The notes beneath the pieces are model-generated. The model was not told the DNA's origin and searched no databases. It saw nothing but the letters and a program-made list of their open reading frames with translations. Below are positions 1 through 12,450 of a stretch of 64,000 bases of DNA, in pieces (within the stretch, counting starts at the first letter, position 1; the number at the start of each line of letters is the position of its first letter). The position numbers and the translations under genes were made by a program. This stretch comes from Raillietiella orientalis (Eukaryota): assembly GCA_036172245.1 (NCBI GenBank), contig JAYWIR010000003.1:4526001-4590000 (forward strand), in the 5' to 3' direction.

Positions 1-369
1 ACCCACGCACGTGACCCGAAGGCGAAGTCAACTCGGCTGGAGGGAGAGCGAGGTCACTGCAGACTCCCTCCGTAAAGCAAACGAACACGCCATTTCCTCT
101 CGCGGCCGCAGCCGAAAGGTCATCCTCCCGGTCTCTGTGCACCCGACTCCCCCGGAGAGTGTTCCCTGGAGACGAAGGAGATGGAAGGAAGGTGGCCCCC
201 TCGGATCCTGAGCAGGAAGGATAGGAAGGGAAGCAGGAAAAGATGAAGAGCGGCCCGTATCTTTGCTCATTGGCATCCGCATTCTGAGAAGCTGAGAACT
301 CTGGATCGGGCAGAGAGGGGTATCCGCAACCGGTCTCCCTCGCCCATGGGCATTTGTGGAAAGGTTTTT

Positions 370-1450
370 ACTCGGTGATGCCAGGACGTTTATTTTAAAA
401 AGAAACAGGCCAGAGGGGAGCGGCACCCTCTGAATACAAGAGAAGCCAAAAAAAAAGAATGTCTTCGGGAATGACCACCGGCACACAGTCCGACTACTAA
501 GGAAGTAGGGAACGGAGGGAGCTGACAGTAAATCAATCAATAAAAGACGGGAGGGGAGGGACAGGAGTCTTTGGTTTCAATCGTTGCTTTCTTTGTAGAA
601 GCAGCTGCGTATGGTGGCGACCTCCCTGGAGAGACTTCTTCTTGCAGGCGAGGCTACCTTGAGGCCGTCTTCATGAACGTGGCTGCCATGATGGTGGCCT
701 CCCTTCGCTGCAAACGTGACTCCAACACATGGCGGACTGTCACTATGGCGCGGATGCAGCATCTCGTTGCTATCACGTTGCCACAGAGCCCGTCTTCAGC
801 CCACCTCCAGTGAAGAAGCACGAGTTCTTCGTGGCACACCATGCAGGTCTCTCCACCGAAGGAGTCCCTTCGCCCGGAAAGGAGCAATGGCGGCGTTCAC
901 CAACCAACCCGCTCGTCTTGCAGCCATCGAGGAGTTTCTCGACTTCTGCAATTTTCGGGAGAACTCCCATCCTGCCGGCTAGCTGCAGTCATCGTTTGCC
1001 TCGAGGACAGACAGTGCTGTGGCAAGGGGTGTGATGGCTATCCGAGACCACTGCGTCCAGTCTTGCAGGAGATCTCCCAGCGGCTTGCATGGAATTTTCC
1101 GCACGCACTTCCAAAGTGGCAGCCTGGGACTCCCACGTCTCCTGTCGTCAGACGCTGAGGGCAGTTTTGGGGGCAGCAGGAGATCCACGAGTGAGCTACC
1201 AGAAGTGAGGAAAGATGCCTCGGGGGGCAACGATATCCAGTCTTCATATGTGGGTTGCGCAGCAGCAGCCAAAAAAGTCCTCGTGCGCTTCCAGCGCAGA
1301 GCCGGAGGATGTGGCGTGCCGGAACACATCAATGACAAGTCCACAATTTGCCACAAAGGGTCAAAAGTCGGAACGACACCTGCACTCCGAACTTGTGGAT
1401 GTTCAGGATGCCCAAGCCGGCATCCTGGCGCGACGAAAAGGTATGCACCT
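370..1450 (-). mobile_element. Degenerate Tx1/L1-like LINE, 3' part (zf-RVT region plus structured 3' UTR), copy A
   Basis: Minus strand has CMVCHEELVLLH (CxxC...H). VIATRCCIRAIVTVRHVLESRLQRREATIMA aligns by eye with VIATVCCTRAIDKAHRQLESQAIRRQATGIA at ~5420-5520. It ends in the shared terminal motif AATAAACGTCCTGGCATCACCGAGT (plus coordinates 370-394). Frameshifted; inner boundary approximate. Confidence 0.55.
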
Positions 1451-2299
1451 CACTGACGACGACAATTCCGCTGCATGAAGCGGATAGGATGCTGATGGCA
1501 GAGGACCTCTTGCACTATGAGGAAGAGGAGGAGGAAGCGGCATGGCGGTTCGAATTTTCCACGCAAACGAGGCCGCCCCTCACGCAGGTGAGACTCCGAT
1601 CCAGAGGCTCTTGGGGGAATCGTTATGCTTCGGCCACCCCGACGTTCAAGGGAGCGAAACGAAGGGATGGAAGGAGCTCTGTTCTCCCGGAGGCGGGTTG
1701 GTGGTATTCAGGTCGAAGATGGAATACAGGTGGAAAGTGAACTGACCCTGCCTGGACGACGTAGGGAAGTGGCTGCTACTCCGCTCCAAAAAGACCTGCG
1801 TGACACTCCCATGCTCACCTCTTTTGTATTCGCCGCTGGCCGTGGAGGCGGAAAGAAAAAAGCCTTCTCCAAGAATTTGGTTCGCCCTCACTCTCCCCGT
1901 CCCACCCACCCCACTCCGCTTCGTCCATCCACCTGGACGTCCATCTCCAAGTCGCGAACGGCTGATGGGTTGTCTAGGCCGCAGAAGCAGACCGATGGAG
2001 TACTTTTTTCTTTTCTTTCCTTTTCTTTTTTTGGCCCTATGTGGTGGAGTTTCCTTCCCCACTCTTGAAACACCTGTGTGAGGGTGGAAGGGGAGGAAAA
2101 AGGTCCATGGAACTCTTTCGAATCCGGCTAAACGGACCTCATCCAATTCCAGGGAAGAGCGAGAAACTTTGTGGCCGAAAACCAAGCAGTAACTGCCACC
2201 ATCTCATCGTTTCCAATCATGGAAATCATAGGACAACAGATGGCAGCACCTCTCCCGCCGCGCGCACACGCCCCGGTCCAGAAAAGTTTCCGGGGAGAC

Positions 2300-3050
2300 C
2301 TATGAAAGCGAGCCCTCGCGACGAAGCGATTAGCACGGATCCCGGCAATGGGTTGCTTGGATCTCCGGCCCCCGCTCCTGGGCCTCCTCGAGATGGGGCC
2401 AGGAAGTCTCTTGGATGATTATTCAAATTCCCTACTTAATTAAAGCGAAGCCGGATGGAGTTTCCCTGCATTCACTCCTCGAAAACGCGATTCAGTCCGA
2501 GTTTCCTGCCCTTCCTCCTCCCCCTTCCACGGCGGATCGATACTTTGTCCTCCGCGGGCTCTCTTCTCCGACGTCGAAACGATACTCCATCGAAGGGCTC
2601 ACCCCGCGACTGGCGCGGGAAGTCTTTTCAAACTGAATGCCATCATCATAGTCGCCTCACAGGCGGCTCTGTCCACGTCCGCGCAAAATCCACACGCGCA
2701 CCGTCCGCCACGCGGTGGCTTTTTGCTTCTGCACACGCTCGCTCATCGAACGCCAAGCAGATGCCAGGGCGCGCGTCGCAGAGCCGGAGGGCGCACAAGC
2801 TGGAAGCAGGCGTGGCGGTGACCAGCGGGTGACGCGACCTCCGAAAGCTGCACAAAGGAGTAACACAATGGTGCGCACTCTCCGTTGCCAGCTCGCCGGC
2901 CCTTGTACCCACGAAAAGCTTCCCACTGTGGCGAAGAACAAAAACGAGGTAGGCACTGCCGGCATGCGCGAACGGTTCCAAAGGTGAGCCCTCCTCGCCC
3001 CAGCACGCCGAGAGAGCCCTGCCGATCCCTATGCGAACGTGTCAATCGCT
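2300..3050 (-). mobile_element. Degenerate non-LTR reverse transcriptase remnant (L1/Tx1-like)
   Basis: Weak RT-like peptides in broken frames: ASWQRRVRTIVLLL (~NWRPISLL), SPPRLLP (~LA.RL.P), VDFART (~LDFEKAFD). Boundaries approximate. Confidence 0.3.
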
Positions 3051-3339
3051 GTGTGAGCTCCCCATTTCTGATTCGAAACAGGCTGGTCCGGAGGCTGCGC
3101 TTTTTAATTGCTCCGTGAATCTTTGCACACCCGGATCAAGCGCCTTCAATCACGTACTCAGGCACGTAGCAGTCGGGATGTAATTTTTTTTTTCCTTTTT
3201 TTTATGTGACCATATCGCGACATCTTCGTCATTAGCACCGGAGCTTCTAAGAAACCGAAAACACGTAGGAATTCAGGATCGGCTTTTGTGAGATAACCGC
3301 ACACACAAAAAGAGAAGTACCAGAAGGATGAATTGGCGC

Positions 3340-3960
3340 AAATTTCTGACTACGAAATGATGACGGCTGCAAAGATGGATGAACTTGAAACAACGATGTG
3401 CTTTTCTTTAACCTTCTTCGACGTGTGGGCATTCGTTACCGCCAACAGAAGAAGACGCAGCTTCCGAAATCGAGTCCCCGCTGTTCCATCGGATCCACAG
3501 ATCGGTGGAATTGACGTCTGCCTGCGGTGGAATTTGTCTCCCACCACCGCAGTGCGTAGTCGTTCGTCTTTTGATAGGGACAGGGGAGCAGAAATGCGGT
3601 GCAGGGAAAGGTGACTAGGGTGAAAGGAAGAGCATAGGAAAGCGAATCCTTCGATAGGGCATGTCAGTCCGAATGTAAGGAAGCCTTTGCCGGAGGGTGT
3701 CGAAGAAAACCACCGTTTCATGACGGTTGCAAAGACGGATGAAGATATGCTTCTCTTTAACCTTCTTCGACGCGTGGGCATTCGTTTCCGCTAACAGAAG
3801 GAGACGCAGCTTCCGAAATCGAGTCCCCGCTGTTCCGGGGTGGTCCTCTCCATTTCATCTTCTCCGAAGGGAGCCCGGAAAGGATCCGCTAGTAGGAATT
3901 TCTTCTCCGCAGGGAACCCGTAAGGAAACCTTGCTGGAGGATGTCGAAGGAGACCACCAT
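3340..3960 (-). repeat. Scrambled inverted duplicate of the 5071-6079 region
   Basis: Reverse-complement matches: 3360-3520 to ~5842-5996; 3513-3615 to 5071-5172; 3637-3836 to ~5876-6079; 3918-3958 to ~6005-6042. Also gives a direct repeat 3360-3487 / 3720-3836. Confidence 0.9.
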
Positions 3961-5070
3961 TTGAACTCACCGCAATAGCATGAGAGTTCGATCAAAGGGA
4001 AGCACGAATACAGAAACATACGAAATTGGTGTAGATTTTTCGTTTTCAAAAAAAAAAAAAAAGAGTTCAAAATAATTAAAAACAAACACTAAAACAGTAA
4101 TCCAACTATTCACACCAATATGGCGTCTCAAGGTTAAATTAGACTGCTTATCGGAATACTCAGCTATCAGCTTTCCCCCCCCCCCACACACACACAAGCA
4201 TTTCCTAAGTGGCTTTTCCGTATTGCAGCGAATGTTTTTTCGCCTACAGAAAAACATCTTCCGAGGCAGAATTTACCTCTTATGAAATTCCTCAGCTGTG
4301 TTTTTCCTCGTACGTTTGGATAGGGTTGCAGATCGATTGCATTCAGCTGATTTAATCCACCCTTAGAACAACATATCCGTACTTATCGCGTATTTGTTTG
4401 GCACAACTGCAAAGAAAATCGTGGGCCTTCTTTTTTTTTTTGTGTGTGTGTGTGTGTGCGTTGGCAATCCTAGTTCTGTTTTACTCACAATTACAAAGCA
4501 TAAATAAAACCGCTACTAGTAAGTCATCCAATGTACTCGTACGCTCTCCCGCTCACAAATCTGTACGCTGATATGGCAACTGTTTAGAAAGCCGGAAGCC
4601 AAATTCGGAGCTGAAGGAAGCAATAAGAGCTCAGGGTGCACTTTCAGGTTTTCGGAGTTTGAAGACCTCCAGATTTTCATCTTGCTCTGTTTACCGTGCA
4701 TTCTGTGACGAGTGTGCCATTTCGCACGTGTTTACTCAGTCGCCATGGTAACCGGGGGAGTGCTATGAGGCGTTCCATATCTTGTGTATGCATTACCTGA
4801 GAGCATGCCTCCCGAGTCAAAACATACAAGCTGCAAGTGAAAGAAAGCAGCAACCACGGCAATCGATTATCCTCAGGATTTTTCTCGAAACCGCGTTCCA
4901 GCCTCGCCGCGCTGCGTTTCGGCGGGAGTCGAATGTTTGAGTGGGTTTCTCGTTCCCTGCAGCCCGCAGGTGAACCGCCTCGACTAAGCCCTGCTTTCCA
5001 AAGTTTGGGGTGTCCGTGCAGCCGAGACGCTGATGTTGACGGCTCGGGCTGTCGCCGTGGTCCCGCCGGA

Positions 5071-5832
5071 TCATCTTTCCCTGAACCGCATTTCTGCTCC
5101 CCTGTCCCTATCAAAAGACGAATGGCTGCGCACTGCGGAGGTGGAAGACAAGCTCCACCACAGGCAGACGTCCAGGACGTGATCTTGCTGGCACATTGGG
5201 GCTTCCATTGCAACTGGCGCGCGAACCTTGTTTCCAAGGGAGTTGCCTCCCCGAACTGTAAGAGGTGCGGAGAAGCAGAAGCGCTCCAGCACCTGCTTTT
5301 GGACTGAGGTGTCCTCCAAGGACTGTGGCGGAGGCTGGCCTCAGCTCTCCCGCACCAGGGGGACGCCGCAAGGGATTTGATGAGCCGCTTCTTCACGCCA
5401 GGGGCGGCCTGTTCTTAGGTGCTGTTATTGCAACGGTCTGTTGCACCCGAGCCATCGACAAGGCCCACCGACAGCTGGAGTCGCAGGCGATTCGTCGACA
5501 GGCTACCGGAATAGCCGACGACAACATGACGACGGCTGATGGGTGGCCTCATCTTCCGGAAGACGTGAGGAGCGAGATCTCCGGCATCCAACGCCGGTTC
5601 TGAAGGAAAGGAACGGCCGAAGCCAAAGACCCCTGTCCCCAATCACCCCCCCCCCCCATATTTTTATTTATACTTTTTTTATATATTTATTAATGGTCCC
5701 CTCCCTCTCGTTCCGGACTTTCGGTCAACCGACCTGCGTGTCGGGGAGCCTTCCCTTCGATCTTCTGTACCCTTTGTCTGGGAACGAAGTTCCCAGATGG
5801 TTTAGAAATAAACGCCCCGGCGCACCCGGGTG
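5071..5832 (+). mobile_element. Degenerate Tx1/L1-like LINE 3' end (zf-RVT plus 3' UTR), copy B
   Basis: PNCKRCGEAEALQHLLLD*GVLQGLWRRL is a CxxC-E-H-C zf-RVT motif with the last Cys mutated to TGA (5305-5307). It is followed by a T-rich tract, hairpins and AATAAA (5807-5812). Confidence 0.65.
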
Positions 5833-5841
5833 GAAAACAGT

Positions 5842-6800
5842 CAGACGTCAATTCCACCGAACTGTGGATTCGATGGAACAGCGGGGACTCGATTTCGGAA
5901 GCTGCGTCTCCTTCTGTTAGCGGAAACGAATGCCCACATGTCGAAGAAGGTTAAAAAAAAAAAAAAGCGTATCTTCATCCATCTTTGCAACCATCATGAA
6001 ACGGTGGTTTTTTTCGACATCTTCCAGCAAGGCTTCCTTACATTCGGACTGACATGCCCTATCGAAGGATTCACTTTCCATTTGCCTGCTGCTTTTCCTT
6101 CCTACGAGGCAAACGGAAACTTGTTTTCCCACATCGAAAGAGAAATAAAAGCTGAAACTTCAAAGCTGAAAATCCATTGGCAATAATTTTGCTCTGCAAT
6201 TCAGATCGTACACCATCAGAACGAAATTTCCGGGAAATTTCCAGCAAGCCATCAAATAAACGCCGAAAGGAAAGTACGCAACTGTACTATAAAACCACTT
6301 CTGTGAGGTTCATCAATCTTGTAAAGCGATTGGAACAAAATTAAAGTCGTTCAAATCGATTGATTATGTTAGCCTTTCTCTTAATTGGAAAGCATTCAAC
6401 AGTCTGCCCTACGGATTCAATTTTCTTCGATCCAGGAGCCAGAGCTAGAAAGGCAAGAAACCGATAGAACGCAAACTGGAGAACTGGAAAGAGAAGTTCC
6501 TGGCGAAGAGCAAACGTTCTCTCTGAGGCAGAATCGAATGGAAAAAAAAAAAAAGGCCGACATCTTTCGCTGCCTTTTCTCGACCTGCGTCGGACTGCCT
6601 ATCGCGGCACCCATCTGCGAAACGATGTTCCATCATCTCCTCTTCCCAAAGATCTGTGCAGTTTCCTGGAATGACCTCATTGCGCCGTAATGATCCCACG
6701 GCCGTGCGCGTGCGCGCCCGCAGCGATCCCGCCAAAAAAACAGTGTGGTTTCTCGGTCTTGGAATGGTGCACATGTGTGTGCGTGCATTTACATGCTGGC
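5842..6800 (+). mobile_element. Degenerate Mutator-like (MULE) transposase remnant
   Basis: MULE-like motifs in the expected order: CGFDGTAGT (first catalytic D), AAFPSYEANGNLFSH (~FP...GCLFH), MLAFL, RT..KLENWKEKF (~RTNNxLEGWH), WCTCVCVHLHA (SWIM-like CxC..CxH). Stops and frameshifts throughout. Confidence 0.45.
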
Positions 6801-8297
6801 CGACTGCATGAGAGCCTTTCCTGCGACGAACCCGTGTTTTTGAACTCTTTCACGTCAGCGCTCCACCCGACACGACCCCAGCTCGCACCCTGCCTCCCTG
6901 GTGTCCCCTGATTTCAGAGGCATGCACTTAGGGGAACACGCAGGTGCTGCAGGGCACTTGACGACATTGTACGTGCACTTGTGTGAATCACGTGCATTCC
7001 TCGCTGGCCAACAGAACGATTTGCTTCGAATGGCTCCGTTTTGTTTCACGGTTGCTTCAACCATAGTTCTGTCCTCTTAACGTGAATTCTGAATGTATAA
7101 ACAGGGCTGGTGAAAACCAAGCCGGATCGAGCTATCAGCTGCGGCCCTGCCAAACACGCGCGTGGCAACCGTAGGCATGGAGGAAGTGGAACGCCCGCGT
7201 GGTTCACGGGAGGGTGGTCGTGTCAGGTGGGAGATGAGCGAATCCTCGACTCTCCGTTGCTGTTCCTGGCCCACAGGCGGCAGCCTTGAAGTGGGAGCCA
7301 TCCTGAATTATTCCTGTTTCAACAACCCACCGAAAGGTGTTCAAATACAACGAATGCTTTCGGAAATTACATCTCGTGAAACTCTTCTTGCGTATTCCCG
7401 CCGGAAGTGGACACGACGCGAAGAGAGAAATGGTACGGCGTGTACCATTCCGGCGTGCCGCGGATTTTTCGACCGTCGCGATGCTTCCACGCCGCCCTTC
7501 CACGTGTGTGCAGATAAAAGACATACACAACTTTGGAATCATAAAACCACCACAAACCACATCCACCATCCACAGGGAGGGCTGTCATTAAGAGTACTCC
7601 AAACAGCTTCGTGACAACTCCTACAGGAAAGAGATCCATAATTCCACTTTACTACCACACTTCGTGCCGTGCACGTTGAGGTTTGGACTCGGAACCACGA
7701 GGGCATGCACATTGTGAAGAAAGAAAAAAAAAAAAAAACTCGAAACGTAAGAAGAACCTGGAAAGACACAAAGACTCCGACGCTGAGACGAGCTGGTCGC
7801 TGCTGTCATGGGTACCAAAGTTCGGAGATTACGCATCTTTTATTTATCTGAATAAAAGCGGACAAAAGGGAAATCGGGCGCCACTGCATATCGACGATAC
7901 CACTTCGAAATTCGCGTCTTCGAATGCAACGGGTTATTTGGTATTATATTGACAAACGATCAAAGATCAACGAGCACTTTGAACAGTGGGCTGAAGTCGA
8001 ATTTGGCGATGCTGAGGGAACCTCCAAGAGTACGGCCTTGTCTGCCTGAAGGTGCTGTTCCTCTCTAAGCAGTAACACACTCAACGTAACGCCATTGCGG
8101 GAATCAGTAGTTTTTCGTTGGGTGGCTATTGAACGATGTAGCGAACGCGAAAATCCAACTAGCACGGAAGTACACTTAAATAACCCACCACACGTGTTTT
8201 CTCACATTAAAAACCTATTGACAGGAATGACATGACCCGAGCCATAAGCACCAATGTGACAAAATACGCCACAAACAACACTCATCAATCCGTGCAA

Positions 8298-10320
8298 CTA
8301 TTGTAATCCCCCGATGCAAACATATTTAAGGTACAGAAATTCATCCATTCCATAATGAGATCCTTCTCGACCAAAACCAGATTCCTTAATGCCTCCAAAG
8401 GGAATCTCAACTGAAGAAATCATGCTCTCGTTGATTCCAATCATGCCTGCCTGTAGCTGCTCTGCTAATCGCCACACCTGTGACAGATCTTGGCTATAGA
8501 AGTAGGCAACCAATCCACGTGTTGTGCAGTTTGCCATTTCTACAGCTTCTGCTTCACTGGTAAACCTAACAAGGAGACATGCTCGGAACACAGTTTGAAA
8601 GAAACTAACGTGGTGATGGTAACTACTGGGCCAAAAAGTTCTTCATGGAAAATTTTCATGGCAGGAGTGACTTCAGTCAGAATCGTTGGACTAAAGAAAT
8701 TGCTCCCAAGGGGATGGCAAGTCCCTCCCATAAGAAGATGAGCACCACACTGCACTGCATCCTTCACTAACTCTTCCAGCTTATTCCATTTGCCTGTTTT
8801 GAATACATACTCAAATATTCTTTCTCACCCTTGTTACATGTCGAGAGTCTGTCAAAGGACCTTGAGTTACACCTGGCAGCAACCCATTACCCAACACTAA
8901 CTGCTGCATAGCCTTCTGCAGCTTCTCAACAAACGACTTCATGACTGACTGCTCTACTAATAACCTATTGCAGCTCACGCAAGTCTGTTTCCCAGGTGAT
9001 GAAGTACTCAAATAGGTATTCTTCCCACCTGACCAGCATTGCGGAACTTGGAAGCCATTGCACCTTGCACAGCCTTATCCAGGTTAGAACTAGCAAATAC
9101 CAGAAAAGGAGCATTGCCCCCCAGTTCAAGAGATATTCTTTTGATTCCCTGGGCACATTGGGCATAAAGGATGCGACCCACTTCAGTGGATCCTAGGTGA
9201 CTGTAAGAAAAAGTTAGAAATTTTAAACACATCTACCTGTGAGAGAGACTGCAGTCACTAATGGATGCTGAATCAATCGAGAAACAATTTGTGGAGTATT
9301 AGATTTTCCTGCTGTGACAACATTCAAGGTGCCTGGAGGAAGTCCAGCATTCAAGCATACATCTGCCAAAGCCAAGGCAGACAAAGGAGTGTCTTCAGAT
9401 GGCTTGGCTACACAGGTGCAACCTGCAGCCAAGGCTGCTGCTGCTTTCCTTGCCAACATTGCCAAAGGGAAATTCCACTAATTTCATTTTTTTGTAGAAA
9501 AAAAAAAAATACACAGAGAAACAGTGACAACCTACTGGAGTAATTAAAGCTGCTACTCCAACAGGCTCTTTCACAACTAACTGTTTTCTTCCAGAAGCAC
9601 CAGATTGCAATATCTCTCCCTGGAAGATTCGAAATAGCACTTCAATAGGGAAAAAAAAACACATACATGCACTCGTTGGGCCTCCTGAGAGAACCATTTG
9701 AAGTAACCAGCAGCATAGCGAACTTCTGCTAGAGCTTCTGCTAATGGTTTGCCCTGCTCCTTTGTTATCAAAGTAGCCAGGTTATCTTGCTGGCCTAAAA
9801 TCCAACTGTGACAGTAGTTCAGGATGTCAGCTCTCTCCTGAAGTGCATGATCCAAGTTTTACAGTGATATCATTGGCTAAAATTCACCCTGGCTAGAAGA
9901 CGTTTCCAGCTGCCAAATGCATGATGTGCTCCTTCTACTGCTTGGTCAACATCAGCTGGAGTCACATCTGGTACATGACTAATAAGACTGTGGTCAAAAG
10001 GATTTTTCACATCAAACACTTGACTACTTTGGGATTCTGTCCACTGACCATTAATCAGGGCTTTTGGTGGGAATGTGGATAAAGACTTAGAAAAGAGATA
10101 TGCTGGCCATCTGTTTAACTCCTAAAGAAAACAATTCTGTCCAGATGAATTCATGGCACAAACAGTTAATTTCAATGACAAAACAAAACACTTGGCATAA
10201 ACCAAGAACTGCAGACACAAATTTTCCTTGAGAGTGAATTAAAAATATTTAACGTCAAATATCGAGAATGCATCCAATAAAATTCACCTGCAAATGACCT
10301 CTTATTTTCTGAGAATACAT
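8298..10320 (-). CDS. ALDH5A1: Succinate-semialdehyde dehydrogenase, mitochondrial (ALDH family 5), 9 exons, 506 aa
   Basis: Exons 10288-10320, 9888-10121, 9667-9837, 9536-9619, 9237-9477, 9029-9192, 8829-8984, 8610-8779, 8298-8565; all GT-AG, 1521 nt in frame. Motifs: [38 protein letters not shown] (catalytic Glu), KFRNAGQTCV (catalytic Cys), [21 protein letters not shown]. Basic, Ser-rich N-terminus suggests a mitochondrial presequence. Confidence 0.95.
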
Positions 10321-11599
10321 ATTTCACCAGGCAAAATCACGCCGGGCAGAAAATCGGGTGACTTTGTTGCTTCGCTGTGCAGATGATAAAATTTTCATGC
10401 ATTTCTATAGTGAAGACTATGTATGTTACAACTTATTTGAACTATTAACTTTGTGCACATACTGAATGATAACCTTTGATGAAATAAAAGTACTTTATAC
10501 CTTGCAGCGAATTACACAAGCATTTTCATTCATCTTATACATCATTCAAATTATGATTGGTTTCATTCTTAGATCAAGCATTAGGGCCTGTTAACCCAAG
10601 AATCATGCTTGCACTCTAACTTTCTTTTTTTTTTTTTATTTCCTTAATTGTCCAGAAATGCTAAGCATATTTTCATTTGCTACAAAACATTGATATCTTT
10701 GAAAATTGTGAATAGTGAAGTGGCGTGGCATACTGAATTTTTCCGAAAATAATTTGCCCTTTGAAAAGCTACCGATAATCTTAGTGCATTGACGCGTTTT
10801 TGTTTTAAATGAAAAATAAAACTTCAGTGTGTTGAATACAAAACTGTTCTTTGCCCGAGTCTCGTTTTTTTTTTAGACCAGGCGGGAAAAGTTGTCCTGG
10901 CAAATGCAGAACGTGCCCAAAGGCACACATGTGGAGAGACGATTGATCTGTGAGAATACTTGGTCTCGAATCTTTGTTTCCTTCCTGAGGGATTAATAAA
11001 GCCAACTTTCAATTCATGATACTGCATGTCCATTTGGACTTCTAAGATTTCCCTACTGCGATGGATCCATGCAATCCGTTTATTGTAGATTTGGTTTCAT
11101 TTTCTTGTTTTGCAGAATGCAGAGATTGGTATATTGTTATACATCAAACGACAACCTTCCACATTTCCAATTATGGACTCGTGTACCATGCTGTTTTCTA
11201 CGTCAGTCAATGTTTGCACATACTTTGCTCAAAGTTATGCTCCTATTTTTACCGTTCATGTTAACACTCTAACTAAACGTAAGGGAAACTCTTATACGAA
11301 GCACCTGAATGAATGCAAGGCATTCTAGTTATATAGACCATTAAAGACAGAGATAGAACAATGTATGTTTATTTGTGTTACGTGTTAGAAATTATATGCA
11401 TATTTTCCATATGATAGCAGCCAAAGTCATTAGAGAAAATGCCTTATTGCATTAAATGGATGCATATATCATGCAGCTGTCCTCAACCGAAATAAATTCA
11501 TGATTCTTATATGGCTGGGCTTGAAAATAATTAGAATTCCATTCATTTGTTGGAGTCCTTATTAGTAGTAATATCATAACTGGTCACCAGACAGCTCCA

Positions 11600-12450
11600 G
11601 AATGGACTTATTAGACTTGTATCTCTAACTTTACATGACATCTTCTGCCTTAAAATACATTCTTTGTTGTGCTGTTTGCGAGCAGAATTTTCCCCAATCT
11701 TCCTAAAGGTCTTCTTTCTTGAAGATGTTCTCTCGATATTTCATACCAGTCGTTGATTAATGTAATTTGCGCGAAATACACTCATATCTGACATCAGACA
11801 GAACTACCAAAAAAATTAATGTCCAAGATGAATGCATACCTTCCAGCTTCTACAACACTATTTATAAGTTTGTGTCTAGAATATTCGGATTCTCATGATC
11901 TTTCATAAAGAAAGCTTTGGACTCCATTTAATAATAAGGATCTGAATTCTATTTGTTTAAGACAAATTTCATCCCCATAAGTACTATTCTCACGAGATGG
12001 TAAAGAGGTTGAAGATCGATTCCATATATATAAAATTGACTGAGGTACCTCTGTTGGAACATTCTCAATTATCCAATATTTGTAAGTATTTTGATATGTT
12101 AAAGATGTTATATAAGAAAAGATGATTAGAATTCCTCCTACGTAGATGAGGAATAGAATAATAGCGTATCATGATGTTATGGAAAGAAGGTTTATGGTGA
12201 TGGTAATGGTTAATGAAATGGTAGCTAGGAAGAAAGCTATGATTACAGGGTTGGTGTATGAACAATAAAAGAGAGATTATTTATTTTCAAGTAAACGGTC
12301 ATAATCTCCCACTTTATCGCCACTGTTATATGACCAATCCCTAGAATATCGGTGAAGATCTTATTATGGATAATTCTGGAAAGCCAGCTTTCATTTTGTA
12401 AATTCGAATCAACATGTTCTGGTTTATATTAATAGGCAATTTACTGATTC
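11600..12450 (-). mobile_element. Highly decayed AT-rich RTE-clade LINE remnant
   Basis: Ordered weak motifs on minus: NE(Q)AGF, STYGDEIC (~TYGCETW), GRYAFIL (~RYAGHILR), RRPLGR (~KRPRGRP). Many stops. Confidence 0.3.

Noticed and set aside
8767..8781. 15-nt identity to the 3' part of miR-750 as I recall it
   Set aside because: Overlaps an SSADH exon boundary, has no seed match and no precursor hairpin. Chance.
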